DNA of 30,275 nt from a virus (IMGVR_UViG_3300020045_007984:1-30275), one strand, 5' to 3'. Shown: positions 9,126 to 17,858, numbered from the stretch's first letter. Translations and numbers: made by a program. Notes: generated from the letters alone by a model not told the origin.

Positions 9126-11041
9126 AATTAGTTATCAAACAATTTAGAGGACTAACGCTTGTTCCAGAAATTATAATCGGCAATGAGATTATTCCAGCTT
9201 CTTATATCAAAGATGATTTCAAAGTTTCTTATGACGATGTTACTTACGAGGTATCTGCTGTTTTGTTAAATGGAAGTATGCCAAAGCCAACTTATAACGA
9301 TTTTGTTCCAAGTTATGACGAGGGGGAAATAATAGGCACTATAATTACCGAGTTTAGTGAAAAGTTTATAAAATTTACCAGATACTACCCTTTTGCAACA
9401 ATAACCGATCCAATTCCTGTTGATCCTCCAGAACCAGGAATTACGATTACAAATATCGCAACTACAGATATAACTGGAGCAGGATTGATTGACGGTAGCG
9501 TAACGGTTACTGCAACAGGTGGATTTATGCCATACGAATATTCTATTGATGGCATAAACTACCAAGACAGTAATATTTTTACCGATCTAGCTGCTGGAAT
9601 ATATGCGATGTTGGTTAGAAGTAAAGCCAATATTCAAGTAAACACATCGGCAAGTTTTACCATACAACCTTTTATTATTCCATTACCCCCAGTAGAGCCG
9701 CAAATAAAAGACATTATTGCATTAGCTGGAGCTGATCTGACAATACAGAACGCTTATAAAAGGGTAGTAGTTAATTCGGTTTTCGGCAAAGTGCCATCGA
9801 TAATTACTAATGGAGATTTCGAAACCTATGACGGGCAGAATTGGGAATTTTGGGTTAAGTATGGCGGTATAAATATCAGCAGAATAAAACGTACCGTAAT
9901 GAATTCAAACGGCGTATTGGTGCCAACAGATAATTATGCAATTAGATTTAACCAAAGAGCAAACGCCGGTAAATGGTTGGAGCATGGAGATATTCCGGTG
10001 CAGTTGGGCGATACGATTAAGATTTCGTACAATGTTGGGCAAACGCCAAATACAGTTACGACTACTGGCTTTTACGGAATAGGTAATTATTCTATTCCTG
10101 CAACTTTCAGGTATTATTATCTGTTTAAGATGCGTATCAAGGTTGGCAATTATTACTTATACAACGAAGGGAATAATAACAAATACGAATGGGTGCAACA
10201 ACTTGCGTACGTTGGTAATCAGATTACGAATGATAAAGGGGATTTGAATAGTTTTACATTTAACTTTACCGTTCCAGAATGCCCTGTTACTGGGGCTATG
10301 GTTATTCAATTATTTGGTTTTCAGAAGATAGAATATGTCGTAACCGAACCGTACCAAGTTGGATTTGGCGTTACTTTGCCATCCCAGTCATTTGTAAACG
10401 AGCTGACTTCATACGATCCAATTGAATTTGACAATATCAAAGCGGTCAAGTCAAGTTCTAACGAAGAAAACGATATTATACAGATTACCAATGTTGCGGA
10501 TAACCTCCGAAACTTTAGCCAAAAGCCAGATCCGATTGATATTCTATTTGGGGATTATTTCTATCGAGAAAAAAATACAAATCCTTTAGACAACCTTTAT
10601 GCGCTAACTTATAATGGTCAATACACAACTAATTGGGCTGAATTTACGGGAAGCGATTCAAAGTCTCAACCATTCGGGATGGTATTGGCTAGATCGATTT
10701 TACAGGCGTTCCAAAAACCATTTAGACTATGGAATAACGGCGGGTTAAAGCTTAAGCAAAATGCAAGGTCATTCAGCTATTTGGATATACTTTCATTCGA
10801 TGTTAAAAACGAAACGGAGTTTAGCAATAAACTATTTGCAGTATTGGGTTGTGAAATAGATTTAAAAACAAATATCGTTAGTAATGTACTGTTGAGTGAG
10901 ATATTCGATAAAGTTGCAAAAAGCAATGATATTACTATACCATCTACAAGTGAAACACCGTTACCACCAATTTTACAAGACCCTAATTATATTGAGGAAA
11001 ATGGTATATTTACAGAAGAATTTACAGGAGAATTTAGGTAA
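9122..11041 (+). CDS. Tail tip protein with a SprB-like repeat and a carbohydrate-binding-like (NGDFE) domain
   Basis: TDITGAGLIDGSVTVTATGGFMPYEYSIDGINYQDSNIFTDLAAGIY matches the SprB-repeat pattern. IITNGDFE marks a jelly-roll start. Confidence 0.65.
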   Translation: MKLVIKQFRGLTLVPEIIIGNEIIPASYIKDDFKVSYDDVTYEVSAVLLNGSMPKPTYNDFVPSYDEGEIIGTIITEFSEKFIKFTRYYPFATITDPIPVDPPEPGITITNIATTDITGAGLIDGSVTVTATGGFMPYEYSIDGINYQDSNIFTDLAAGIYAMLVRSKANIQVNTSASFTIQPFIIPLPPVEPQIKDIIALAGADLTIQNAYKRVVVNSVFGKVPSIITNGDFETYDGQNWEFWVKYGGINISRIKRTVMNSNGVLVPTDNYAIRFNQRANAGKWLEHGDIPVQLGDTIKISYNVGQTPNTVTTTGFYGIGNYSIPATFRYYYLFKMRIKVGNYYLYNEGNNNKYEWVQQLAYVGNQITNDKGDLNSFTFNFTVPECPVTGAMVIQLFGFQKIEYVVTEPYQVGFGVTLPSQSFVNELTSYDPIEFDNIKAVKSSSNEENDIIQITNVADNLRNFSQKPDPIDILFGDYFYREKNTNPLDNLYALTYNGQYTTNWAEFTGSDSKSQPFGMVLARSILQAFQKPFRLWNNGGLKLKQNARSFSYLDILSFDVKNETEFSNKLFAVLGCEIDLKTNIVSNVLLSEIFDKVAKSNDITIPSTSETPLPPILQDPNYIEENGIFTEEFTGEFR

Positions 11042-12171
11042 TGGCAGATAATACTGGACTTTTTAACGGATTTATAACCGCGGTAAAACAAGCTATTACG
11101 CAAAAGAATACTATTAACAGTATAGACCCTGTAGATGTTGGTGATAGCATAACCAATCTCGCGTCACTTTTAGTCCCTATACTGAATACCATAAACCAAT
11201 TTGCAACTACAAGCGGGGGAAATGCTCCGTCTAATGGCAATGGGGTGGATGGTGATGAGTATTTCCAAACCGGCCCAGAACTAAAGGTTTGGCGTAAGGT
11301 TTCTGGTGTTTGGGTTTTAAAAGCAACGCTTGATTTAGGTATAAATGTAGTTGATGGAAATATCAGCGTTCAATCTAGGGTTAGCGGTTTTACGTTAACT
11401 GCAACAGCAGGCCAATGGGGTATTAACAATACCATCCATACAAAAGCAATACAAGATCAGTTTACGATTGATGCAGCAAACGCTAGTTTAGACCGTATCG
11501 ATGCTGTGTTCGGTAAAGAAGATAATACCGTTCATTATGTTGCTGGTACGGCTTCTGCTAATCCGGACACAACAAAACCCGTTACGCCAGCCAATGAAAT
11601 TATAATCACATACGTTTATGTCCCGGCTTCATCAAGTGGTGGTTTGCCTTACATTGCAGATAGCAATGCCAATAGTAATTTAGAGCAAACACAATCACTA
11701 TTGGCTGGTGTAGATAATCCAGACAACAGCGATGGTAATAATGGAGATTTTTATTACCAGTTTGACGGCGCCTCTACTTTAACGTTCTGGCAAAAGATTA
11801 ATGGCGTTTGGGTTAGTGTTTTGGTTTATGCACCGGAGGGCGGTTCCTCTGGCTCATCCAGAATACCATATCTTGACAGAACTGCAAATTCAAACGGGGA
11901 GATAGATTTAAGCGGAGAAAGCAACTTACCAAGTTATCCGACTATATCAGTTTACAATGCAGTTACAGGGGAGTCGCTGACTACATTTCAGTATAATGCT
12001 TTACAAGGGAATGCTAGATATGGCATTCTATACAGCTTAGAGCCTTTACAAACGTATAACATTTACATGATAGGTGAGACTGGCGGAGGGGGGACAACAC
12101 CTAACCCACCAACAAACGGTATAGTTGACGATACAAATAAAACATTCACTTTTACAGGAGGGGTAATATAA
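11041..12171 (+). CDS. Tail fibre/fibre-anchor protein
   Basis: Two GxDGD-[EF]-Y...WxKxxGVW repeats typical of phage fibres, plus an LDRIDAV motif. Confidence 0.7.
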   Translation: MADNTGLFNGFITAVKQAITQKNTINSIDPVDVGDSITNLASLLVPILNTINQFATTSGGNAPSNGNGVDGDEYFQTGPELKVWRKVSGVWVLKATLDLGINVVDGNISVQSRVSGFTLTATAGQWGINNTIHTKAIQDQFTIDAANASLDRIDAVFGKEDNTVHYVAGTASANPDTTKPVTPANEIIITYVYVPASSSGGLPYIADSNANSNLEQTQSLLAGVDNPDNSDGNNGDFYYQFDGASTLTFWQKINGVWVSVLVYAPEGGSSGSSRIPYLDRTANSNGEIDLSGESNLPSYPTISVYNAVTGESLTTFQYNALQGNARYGILYSLEPLQTYNIYMIGETGGGGTTPNPPTNGIVDDTNKTFTFTGGVI

Positions 12172-13559
12172 TGGCATTTAGACCACTAACGGCACACGAA
12201 TTTAGATACAGAACAGGAGGAGTTTGGTCTGCTTGGACTGCGTGTACGTCTGGTAACTGTACTGATTTGGGTGGCGGACAATATCGCATAAACGGACTTG
12301 ACTATAATATCGCCATTGGCGATTTACAAGTTAGGGTAGCTGCTTCGGGAGGTAATCCACCGAGCGCAGTACTTACTAACACGGTGGCTTTTACGGCAAA
12401 TATTCCTATTCCGATAGATACAATACTAGATGATGATTTTGCAAGATCTTCTTTAGGAGATGATTATACAACAGAGGGAGATGCAGATTTTATAACAGAC
12501 GGTTCATCTTTAATAGTTAGTGGAGGCTCTGGTTCTTTTTCAGATTTAATAAAATATAACGCTTACACGAGTTGTCTTGAAAAGCACACTATAAAATTAA
12601 GATTTTTAGTAACTACAAAGGATTCTACATCCTATGGAATTGGAATAGGTGTTAGAAGTATTAACGTTTCTGACTATAGAAGTTTGCTTGGTAGAATTGA
12701 TTTGTCTACTGGACCAACCAGCGGAAAGGTTATGTTGTCTACAACTAATAATTCAACATCTGATTACACTCAGCACGTTATTAGTGATGATGCTGTTGTT
12801 TTTTCGGAGGGTGACACTTTAGAAATTAACATACAAAGAGTTTATAATATTGTTACGATAACTGCTTTTAATGTAGCTTTGCCCTCTACAATAGTACCAG
12901 CTACATTTGACTTTAGTTTAGGAATATCATCTCCAATATATGTCCCTCATAATACCGGACAATTTGCAATACATACTTTTGGAGGGGAGCAAAATGTTAC
13001 TAATTTTTTCGTTGGATCTGGGGCTTTAAAGAATATCAACATACTGGGTATTGGTGATAGTATCACGTATGGGTTGTTTTCTGAAACTTTAGAACAAAGA
13101 TTTCTAAACGTTTTATTTAACTCGTCTGAAAAGTCAAACGATAGTAATGGGGGTGGGTCAGATAAAACAGCAGAGGTACTGGCTAGAATAGACGAGATAT
13201 TATTAATAAATCCAAAATACGCACTGTTAATGATAGGTGGTAATGATATATTTTTTGGTATTTCAAATGAAATTTATGAGTCCAATTATATTAATATAGT
13301 GTCCATATTGGAAAATTCTGGAATAACCGTTGTACATTGTTTACCGACTCCTAGAAATTCACCTAATGAACAGCCACTAAGAGATTTTATATTGTCACAA
13401 TATTCGTCAGGCAAAATAGTAGATACCTGGACTGCTCTTTTAGGCGATGGTACGGGATTAAATACTATTTATGACAGCGGTGACGGTACACACCCAAATT
13501 CAGATGGACATGCTAAAATCGCAGATCAAATCACAATAGATGCGCCAGAAATATTATAA
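12171..13559 (+). CDS. Tail-associated SGNH/GDSL hydrolase with lectin-like middle domain
   Basis: SGNH blocks: GDSITYG (I), G in GGGSDKT (II), IGGND (III), DGTHPNSDGH (V). Confidence 0.85.
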   Translation: MAFRPLTAHEFRYRTGGVWSAWTACTSGNCTDLGGGQYRINGLDYNIAIGDLQVRVAASGGNPPSAVLTNTVAFTANIPIPIDTILDDDFARSSLGDDYTTEGDADFITDGSSLIVSGGSGSFSDLIKYNAYTSCLEKHTIKLRFLVTTKDSTSYGIGIGVRSINVSDYRSLLGRIDLSTGPTSGKVMLSTTNNSTSDYTQHVISDDAVVFSEGDTLEINIQRVYNIVTITAFNVALPSTIVPATFDFSLGISSPIYVPHNTGQFAIHTFGGEQNVTNFFVGSGALKNINILGIGDSITYGLFSETLEQRFLNVLFNSSEKSNDSNGGGSDKTAEVLARIDEILLINPKYALLMIGGNDIFFGISNEIYESNYINIVSILENSGITVVHCLPTPRNSPNEQPLRDFILSQYSSGKIVDTWTALLGDGTGLNTIYDSGDGTHPNSDGHAKIADQITIDAPEIL

Positions 13560-13563
13560 ATAG

Positions 13564-15153
13564 ATGAAATTAAAACTAACCATATTACTATTGCTCGCTT
13601 GTATTGGAGTGATGGCTCAAGCTCCCTATCCTATTCCATCTACTAATATTGTAATGGGTCAAAACACATCAAGCACAGTCTTGATAAAGGGTTCAGTAAA
13701 GATCAACGGCATTTCAACGGGTAGCACAGACAGTCTTGTGACGATATTTAACGGGGTGTTGAGGAAAGTACCCCAATCACAGTTGATGAGCGTCTACACC
13801 GCAGGATATGGGCTTCTAACGACAGGTAACCAGTTTAGGGTCGACACATCGATACTCGTTAACAAAACCTATATAACCGCATTAAACGCAACGTTACCCC
13901 ATTTAGCAACAAACAATACATACACTGGTAATCAGCAGATTTCTGGAGCTGCAAATATTTACATTACGGGTAATTACGGTTTCTCGGCTCCCGTTCAATA
14001 CACGACTTTGATAGCTCCAGAACGGATAAGGATTGGCGGAATGCAAGATGTTTTTGATATTGCTCCCTCATCAATCAAACTTACCAATGGCCCATCTGGT
14101 AACATAACTTTATTACATAACAATATATCAGCAACAAGAACGGTTAACTGGCCAAATAGGGATGGTGTACTAGTGGTTGGTGGTGACCTTACTGATGGTT
14201 TAGCAACCAAACAGAATACATTAGTTTACGATGCATTACCTGCTAATGGAAGTACCAATTCTGTAAACAGTAACGGTATATTTCAGGCCATACAAACATC
14301 GGCTTCAGCTCAATCAGCTACTTACATTCAAAATCAATCCGCTACACCTCAAACCGCTACGTTCAATATCTCAGGACTAGCCAAAGCAGGAAGTAGTAGT
14401 ATAACGGGAAATAGTGACGTAGGAGGTTCGCAAACGGTAGCAGCTACAAGTACATTGCAGAATGTTGTTGTGAATAATAGGATAGGTGTTGGAGGTAGTC
14501 CAAATACTGGGATAGAATATATTTCTGCAACTAACGGGATAGACGGGATTAGAGTTTCAAGAACAACCGTGCCAACACAATATATACAGATAGACGTTGG
14601 AACTGGAAGTGATCACAGATTAAATTCAACTGGTTCTGGAAAAGGGTTAATCATAAGAAATAATAATACAGGTGTAGCTTTGGGGAACACAACGGATGGT
14701 ATAACTTTCCAAGTACCATCTGCAACAACAAATACTACGACACCCGCCCTTACTATTTCTAGTGGTAATTCCCCTGTTGTAGCAATAATAAATAAAGGCA
14801 CGCAAGCCAATGCGCCAACGGCAGCGAATGATTTGTTCAGACTAACGGATGCGAAATCAAACAAGTTAAACACAGCGGCAAGCGCAACAATAACTACAGC
14901 ACAATTACTGGCCAATAACGGAACATTTTACATATACGTTGATGCAAGTGGAGGCGCAAGAACAATTACTTTGCTAAGTGTAGCGGCTCATTTGGGTAAG
15001 ACAGTTATCATTCAAAAAACTGACTCTAGTGCCAATACTGTTACGGTAAGCGGTGGAGCAGTAAATATCAATCAAGCTACAACATACCCTTTAACAACAC
15101 AAAATGCCAGCGTAGCAATTGCAGAGGACGGTACTCAATTTAGGGCTAGGTAA
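13564..15153 (+). CDS. Fibre-like beta-rich protein with predicted Sec signal peptide
   Basis: MKLKLTILLLLACIGVMA|Q signal and a Thr/Gly/Asn-rich body. Fibre-like motifs include YTAGYGL, LATKQNTL and C-terminal DASGGARTITL...GKTVIIQKTDSSANTVTV. Confidence 0.75.
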   Translation: MKLKLTILLLLACIGVMAQAPYPIPSTNIVMGQNTSSTVLIKGSVKINGISTGSTDSLVTIFNGVLRKVPQSQLMSVYTAGYGLLTTGNQFRVDTSILVNKTYITALNATLPHLATNNTYTGNQQISGAANIYITGNYGFSAPVQYTTLIAPERIRIGGMQDVFDIAPSSIKLTNGPSGNITLLHNNISATRTVNWPNRDGVLVVGGDLTDGLATKQNTLVYDALPANGSTNSVNSNGIFQAIQTSASAQSATYIQNQSATPQTATFNISGLAKAGSSSITGNSDVGGSQTVAATSTLQNVVVNNRIGVGGSPNTGIEYISATNGIDGIRVSRTTVPTQYIQIDVGTGSDHRLNSTGSGKGLIIRNNNTGVALGNTTDGITFQVPSATTNTTTPALTISSGNSPVVAIINKGTQANAPTAANDLFRLTDAKSNKLNTAASATITTAQLLANNGTFYIYVDASGGARTITLLSVAAHLGKTVIIQKTDSSANTVTVSGGAVNINQATTYPLTTQNASVAIAEDGTQFRAR

Positions 15154-15186
15154 AGATATTTTATAATTTAAACTTTAATCGACACC

Positions 15187-15774
15187 ATGAAAAAACTTTT
15201 ACTAATCATTTTATTGGCAGTCTCAAGTTTCGCCTACGGGCAGAACATAACAGTTGACGAGCCTTTTATGAGAGTTGTTAGGACGGCACCTCTCACTTTA
15301 AGCACATCTTGGCAAACAGTAGTATATTCCGCTACGGCATCAAGCTACACATCAAATTCCTACGCCATAGACCCTGTTACGGGAAGCAATTACGTATGGT
15401 ACGACACGGGAACCAACAAATTCATGTTTGTCGGGCAGTATAACAAGATTGCCATCATTCAGGCGCAATTCAGTACGACAAGTTCGTCAATACTTACAAG
15501 GGGCACCATACAGATGAGAATGGTAGTCCCTAACGCAGGTGTAGGGGGAGGTGACCTATATCTGCCAGCTCCAGAATTGGGAGGTCTATGCGATGTCCAT
15601 GAGGTAACGATTATAGCTGGAACGGCAATGAGCAGTAGACCCATAGTAATACAGCTACCAGTAGGCTTGGGAGTTCGTACAAACGGTTTTTATTTTCAAG
15701 TGAGGCTAAGTAATGCTTTGGTTGGAACAGCTACTTTAAACGGCTCTACAGTAACAATAAGTACAAACTATTAA
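15187..15774 (+). CDS. Secreted beta-sandwich hypothetical protein
   Basis: MKKLLLIILLAVSSFAYG|Q signal. The mature part has alternating beta strands like fibre-tip or C1q-like domains (fold is inference). Confidence 0.75.
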   Translation: MKKLLLIILLAVSSFAYGQNITVDEPFMRVVRTAPLTLSTSWQTVVYSATASSYTSNSYAIDPVTGSNYVWYDTGTNKFMFVGQYNKIAIIQAQFSTTSSSILTRGTIQMRMVVPNAGVGGGDLYLPAPELGGLCDVHEVTIIAGTAMSSRPIVIQLPVGLGVRTNGFYFQVRLSNALVGTATLNGSTVTISTNY

Positions 15775-15785
15775 AATTAAATATT

Positions 15786-15956
15786 ATGAAAAAAGAAGTA
15801 CAAGAAAACGAGCAGGAAGTAAAAGAGAAGGTTCAAGACGGAACTCCACAAACACCTAATTGCGGAGAGAAGCCAACGCATTCAGGCGGTGACGGTCAAG
15901 GGGAATGGGTATGCAATTGGAGCACAAATAAATGGGAATGGCACCCATCCGCTTAG
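15786..15956 (+). CDS. 56-aa peptide with charged leader and Cys/Trp-rich C-terminus (not in ORF track)
   Basis: MKKEVQENEQEVKEKVQDGTPQTPNCGEKPTHSGGDGQGEWVCNWSTNKWEWHPSA*. It has an A/T-rich leader, fills the gap between genes, and its stop is 1 nt before the next ATG. Confidence 0.78.
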   Translation: MKKEVQENEQEVKEKVQDGTPQTPNCGEKPTHSGGDGQGEWVCNWSTNKWEWHPSA

Positions 15957-15957
15957 T

Positions 15958-16326
15958 ATGTTAAGAGAATACGGATTAAAGATTGTGTTCTTTGTTTACC
16001 TAGTTTGGTATAGTTTTATGATTTACGTAGATATTACACATAAAGCTATACCATTCTCTGTTTACAATCCTTTATTGGGACTTAGTTTTGGTTGGCTGAC
16101 TATTGGTACGGTTTGGGTGTTTAAAAAATGTATGGATGATTGCAACATACGTTATTTAGATTGGTGCATAACGATGATAATTTTACGTGTTACTATAATA
16201 TTCATAAGGGATTTGGGGTTTGATGAACCTAGATATTTAGCTAGTTTTACGTTAGGCGGAATGATATTGTTTTTTATTTATAAGTTAATAATGAAGCGGA
16301 GCGCAGAGAGGTACTTTAATTTTTAA
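15958..16326 (+). CDS. Polytopic membrane protein (about 4 TM, 122 aa)
   Basis: Start reassigned to ATG 15958 (MLREYGLKIVFFVYLVW...). Four hydrophobic segments and a basic C-terminal tail. Confidence 0.75.
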   Translation: MLREYGLKIVFFVYLVWYSFMIYVDITHKAIPFSVYNPLLGLSFGWLTIGTVWVFKKCMDDCNIRYLDWCITMIILRVTIIFIRDLGFDEPRYLASFTLGGMILFFIYKLIMKRSAERYFNF

Positions 16327-16363
16327 ACCTTTTGATTATCTTTATAAAAAAACAGCCTATAGG

Positions 16364-16843
16364 ATGAACTCTACTTTGAATAATATGTTATGGTTTATGG
16401 CAATAATGGAAGAACTTTACGATAATAAGGTGGTCAATTCCTTGGTTAAATTTATGGGCACTCTACTCGTTGTATCAGGGCTTTTTAGCGGATTAAGTTC
16501 TGATGATGCATTATTTAGATTGGGGTGCGCAGCTTCAATATTATTTGGTTTCCTATTGCAGACTACTCATTTAAGTAGAAGGAAAAAATTAAGCAAATGG
16601 CTTATATTTTCAAACGTTGTTACTACGAGCTCAATCGTGTTCCTTGCATTCCTTTTTTGGAATGCAAAGTATGGTAACGATTATGGGGATTGGTTTATGT
16701 TGTACCTTTTTTTATGCTCATTTACATCGATCGGATTATCCGAGATTATATTTAATCTTACAAAAAAAGGCGCTAACGAGTATTTGTCAATACTGGCACG
16801 AAAATTTCTATCTGAGACAGATAAAAAGGAGGATGAAGCATGA
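16364..16843 (+). CDS. Membrane protein (3-4 TM), holin candidate
   Basis: Hydrophobic helices with a highly charged C-terminus (ETDKKEDEA), upstream of the endolysin. Several in-frame Met residues near the start. Confidence 0.55.
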   Translation: MNSTLNNMLWFMAIMEELYDNKVVNSLVKFMGTLLVVSGLFSGLSSDDALFRLGCAASILFGFLLQTTHLSRRKKLSKWLIFSNVVTTSSIVFLAFLFWNAKYGNDYGDWFMLYLFLCSFTSIGLSEIIFNLTKKGANEYLSILARKFLSETDKKEDEA

Positions 16844-17202
16844 CTTTTGACCACTGGTTAAATTACGCAACGATAATTTTAATAATGGGATTTTCAAGTC
16901 TTATTGTTTATTTCCTAGCAGGGGCAAAATACTCGCTTCACAAAGCATTATTCAGGGCTTTATTTATGTGGGATTTCTGGTATGTGAAATGGTTTTGTAA
17001 AAACAAAATATACCTTTGGTCATTTAGTTTGTTGATATTACTTATCTGTACTGAGCTAACATTGATTACTAAATTTAGCGAGGACAGTATATTTCAAAAG
17101 CCCAGGTTTATGTTCTTGGTAAGCCCTTTGTTATGGGCATCTTTATTTGGAACTTTCTCTTGGTTGATACTTTACTATAATAGGACAAAGAACATCGATT
17201 AG
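16840..17202 (+). CDS. Membrane protein (about 3 TM), lysis-associated candidate
   Basis: ATGA-coupled to the previous gene; three Trp/Phe-rich hydrophobic stretches. Confidence 0.65.
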   Translation: MTFDHWLNYATIILIMGFSSLIVYFLAGAKYSLHKALFRALFMWDFWYVKWFCKNKIYLWSFSLLILLICTELTLITKFSEDSIFQKPRFMFLVSPLLWASLFGTFSWLILYYNRTKNID

Positions 17203-17206
17203 TTAC

Positions 17207-17238
17207 AAACCCTCGTTAATTCGGGGGTTTTGCTTTTT
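17207..17238 (+). terminator. Intrinsic terminator between the membrane genes and the endolysin
   Basis: AAACCCTCG-TTAATT-CGGGGGTTT followed by TGCTTTTT. Confidence 0.75.
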
Positions 17239-17260
17239 ACAAGTATTTACACTACCTTCG
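17229..17260 (+). promoter_or_regulatory. Near-consensus Bacteroidota promoter for the endolysin
   Basis: TTTG (17229-17232), 20-nt spacer, TACCTTCG (one mismatch). ATG follows after a 3-nt gap. Confidence 0.55.
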
Positions 17261-17263
17261 AAT

Positions 17264-17719
17264 ATGGCAATACTTGGAGCTAACAGCAAGAAAAAACTAA
17301 TCGGTGTTCATCCTAATTTAGTTAAGGTAATTGAAACCGCAATAATAGATACACAAATTGATTTTTCTATTACCAGCGGCGTTAGAACTACAAAAGAACA
17401 GCAAGCTCTTTACGCTCAAGGTAGAACTACAAAAGGCAATATTGTAACTAAAGTTGATGGCGTAATTAAAAAGTCTAATCACCAACCAAAATCGGACGGT
17501 TACGGTCATGCTATAGATTTTGTGCCGTATATAAATGGTAAAATTGATTGGAATGATATTAAAGCGTTTATTACTATTGCTGGTCATATCAAAAAAACAG
17601 CTGATAAATTAGGTGTTGCAGTACGTTGGGGCGCAGATTGGGACAGGGACGGAATAACAAAAGCGCAAGGCGATAAAGACGAGAATTTTGTTGATATACC
17701 ACATTTTGAGTTAGCTTAA
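17264..17719 (+). CDS. Endolysin, peptidase M15 family (L-Ala-D-Glu endopeptidase-like)
   Basis: LIGVHPNL, ITSGVRT..EQQALYAQGRT, S-N-H...GHAIDF, RWGADW and DIPHFEL supply the H/D/H zinc ligands of M15C. Confidence 0.93.
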   Translation: MAILGANSKKKLIGVHPNLVKVIETAIIDTQIDFSITSGVRTTKEQQALYAQGRTTKGNIVTKVDGVIKKSNHQPKSDGYGHAIDFVPYINGKIDWNDIKAFITIAGHIKKTADKLGVAVRWGADWDRDGITKAQGDKDENFVDIPHFELA

Positions 17720-17744
17720 TTATGCAACAGATATAATTGAAGTA

Positions 17745-17858
17745 ATGCCAGACGAGTTCTACCAAAATATCAGGCACATATCTTCGTTTAAGAACAGTAC
17801 CGAATACGAGAAATATTTACAAATAGAAATAGAGAAATGGCAGAAAAGAAAATCTTAG
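17745..17858 (+). CDS. Small hypothetical peptide (37 aa)
   Basis: MPDEFYQNIRHISSFKNSTEYEKYLQIEIEKWQKRKS* fills the gap after the endolysin. Confidence 0.35.
   Translation: MPDEFYQNIRHISSFKNSTEYEKYLQIEIEKWQKRKS

Noticed and set aside
161-15644. Many - strand track ORFs opposite structural genes (for example 161-349, 5937-6230, 7590-7913, 8283-8642, 14613-14915)
   Set aside because: They are antisense shadows of well-supported + strand genes and show no recognisable motifs.
11041-15774. Diversity-generating retroelement or invertible fibre cassette
   Set aside because: No reverse transcriptase or recombinase in the window, and no template/variable repeat pair noticed by eye.
15889-15957. 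Track start (GTG 15889) for the 145-aa membrane ORF
   Set aside because: It overlaps the 56-aa peptide ORF in another frame. ATG 15958, right after the peptide stop, is the better start.
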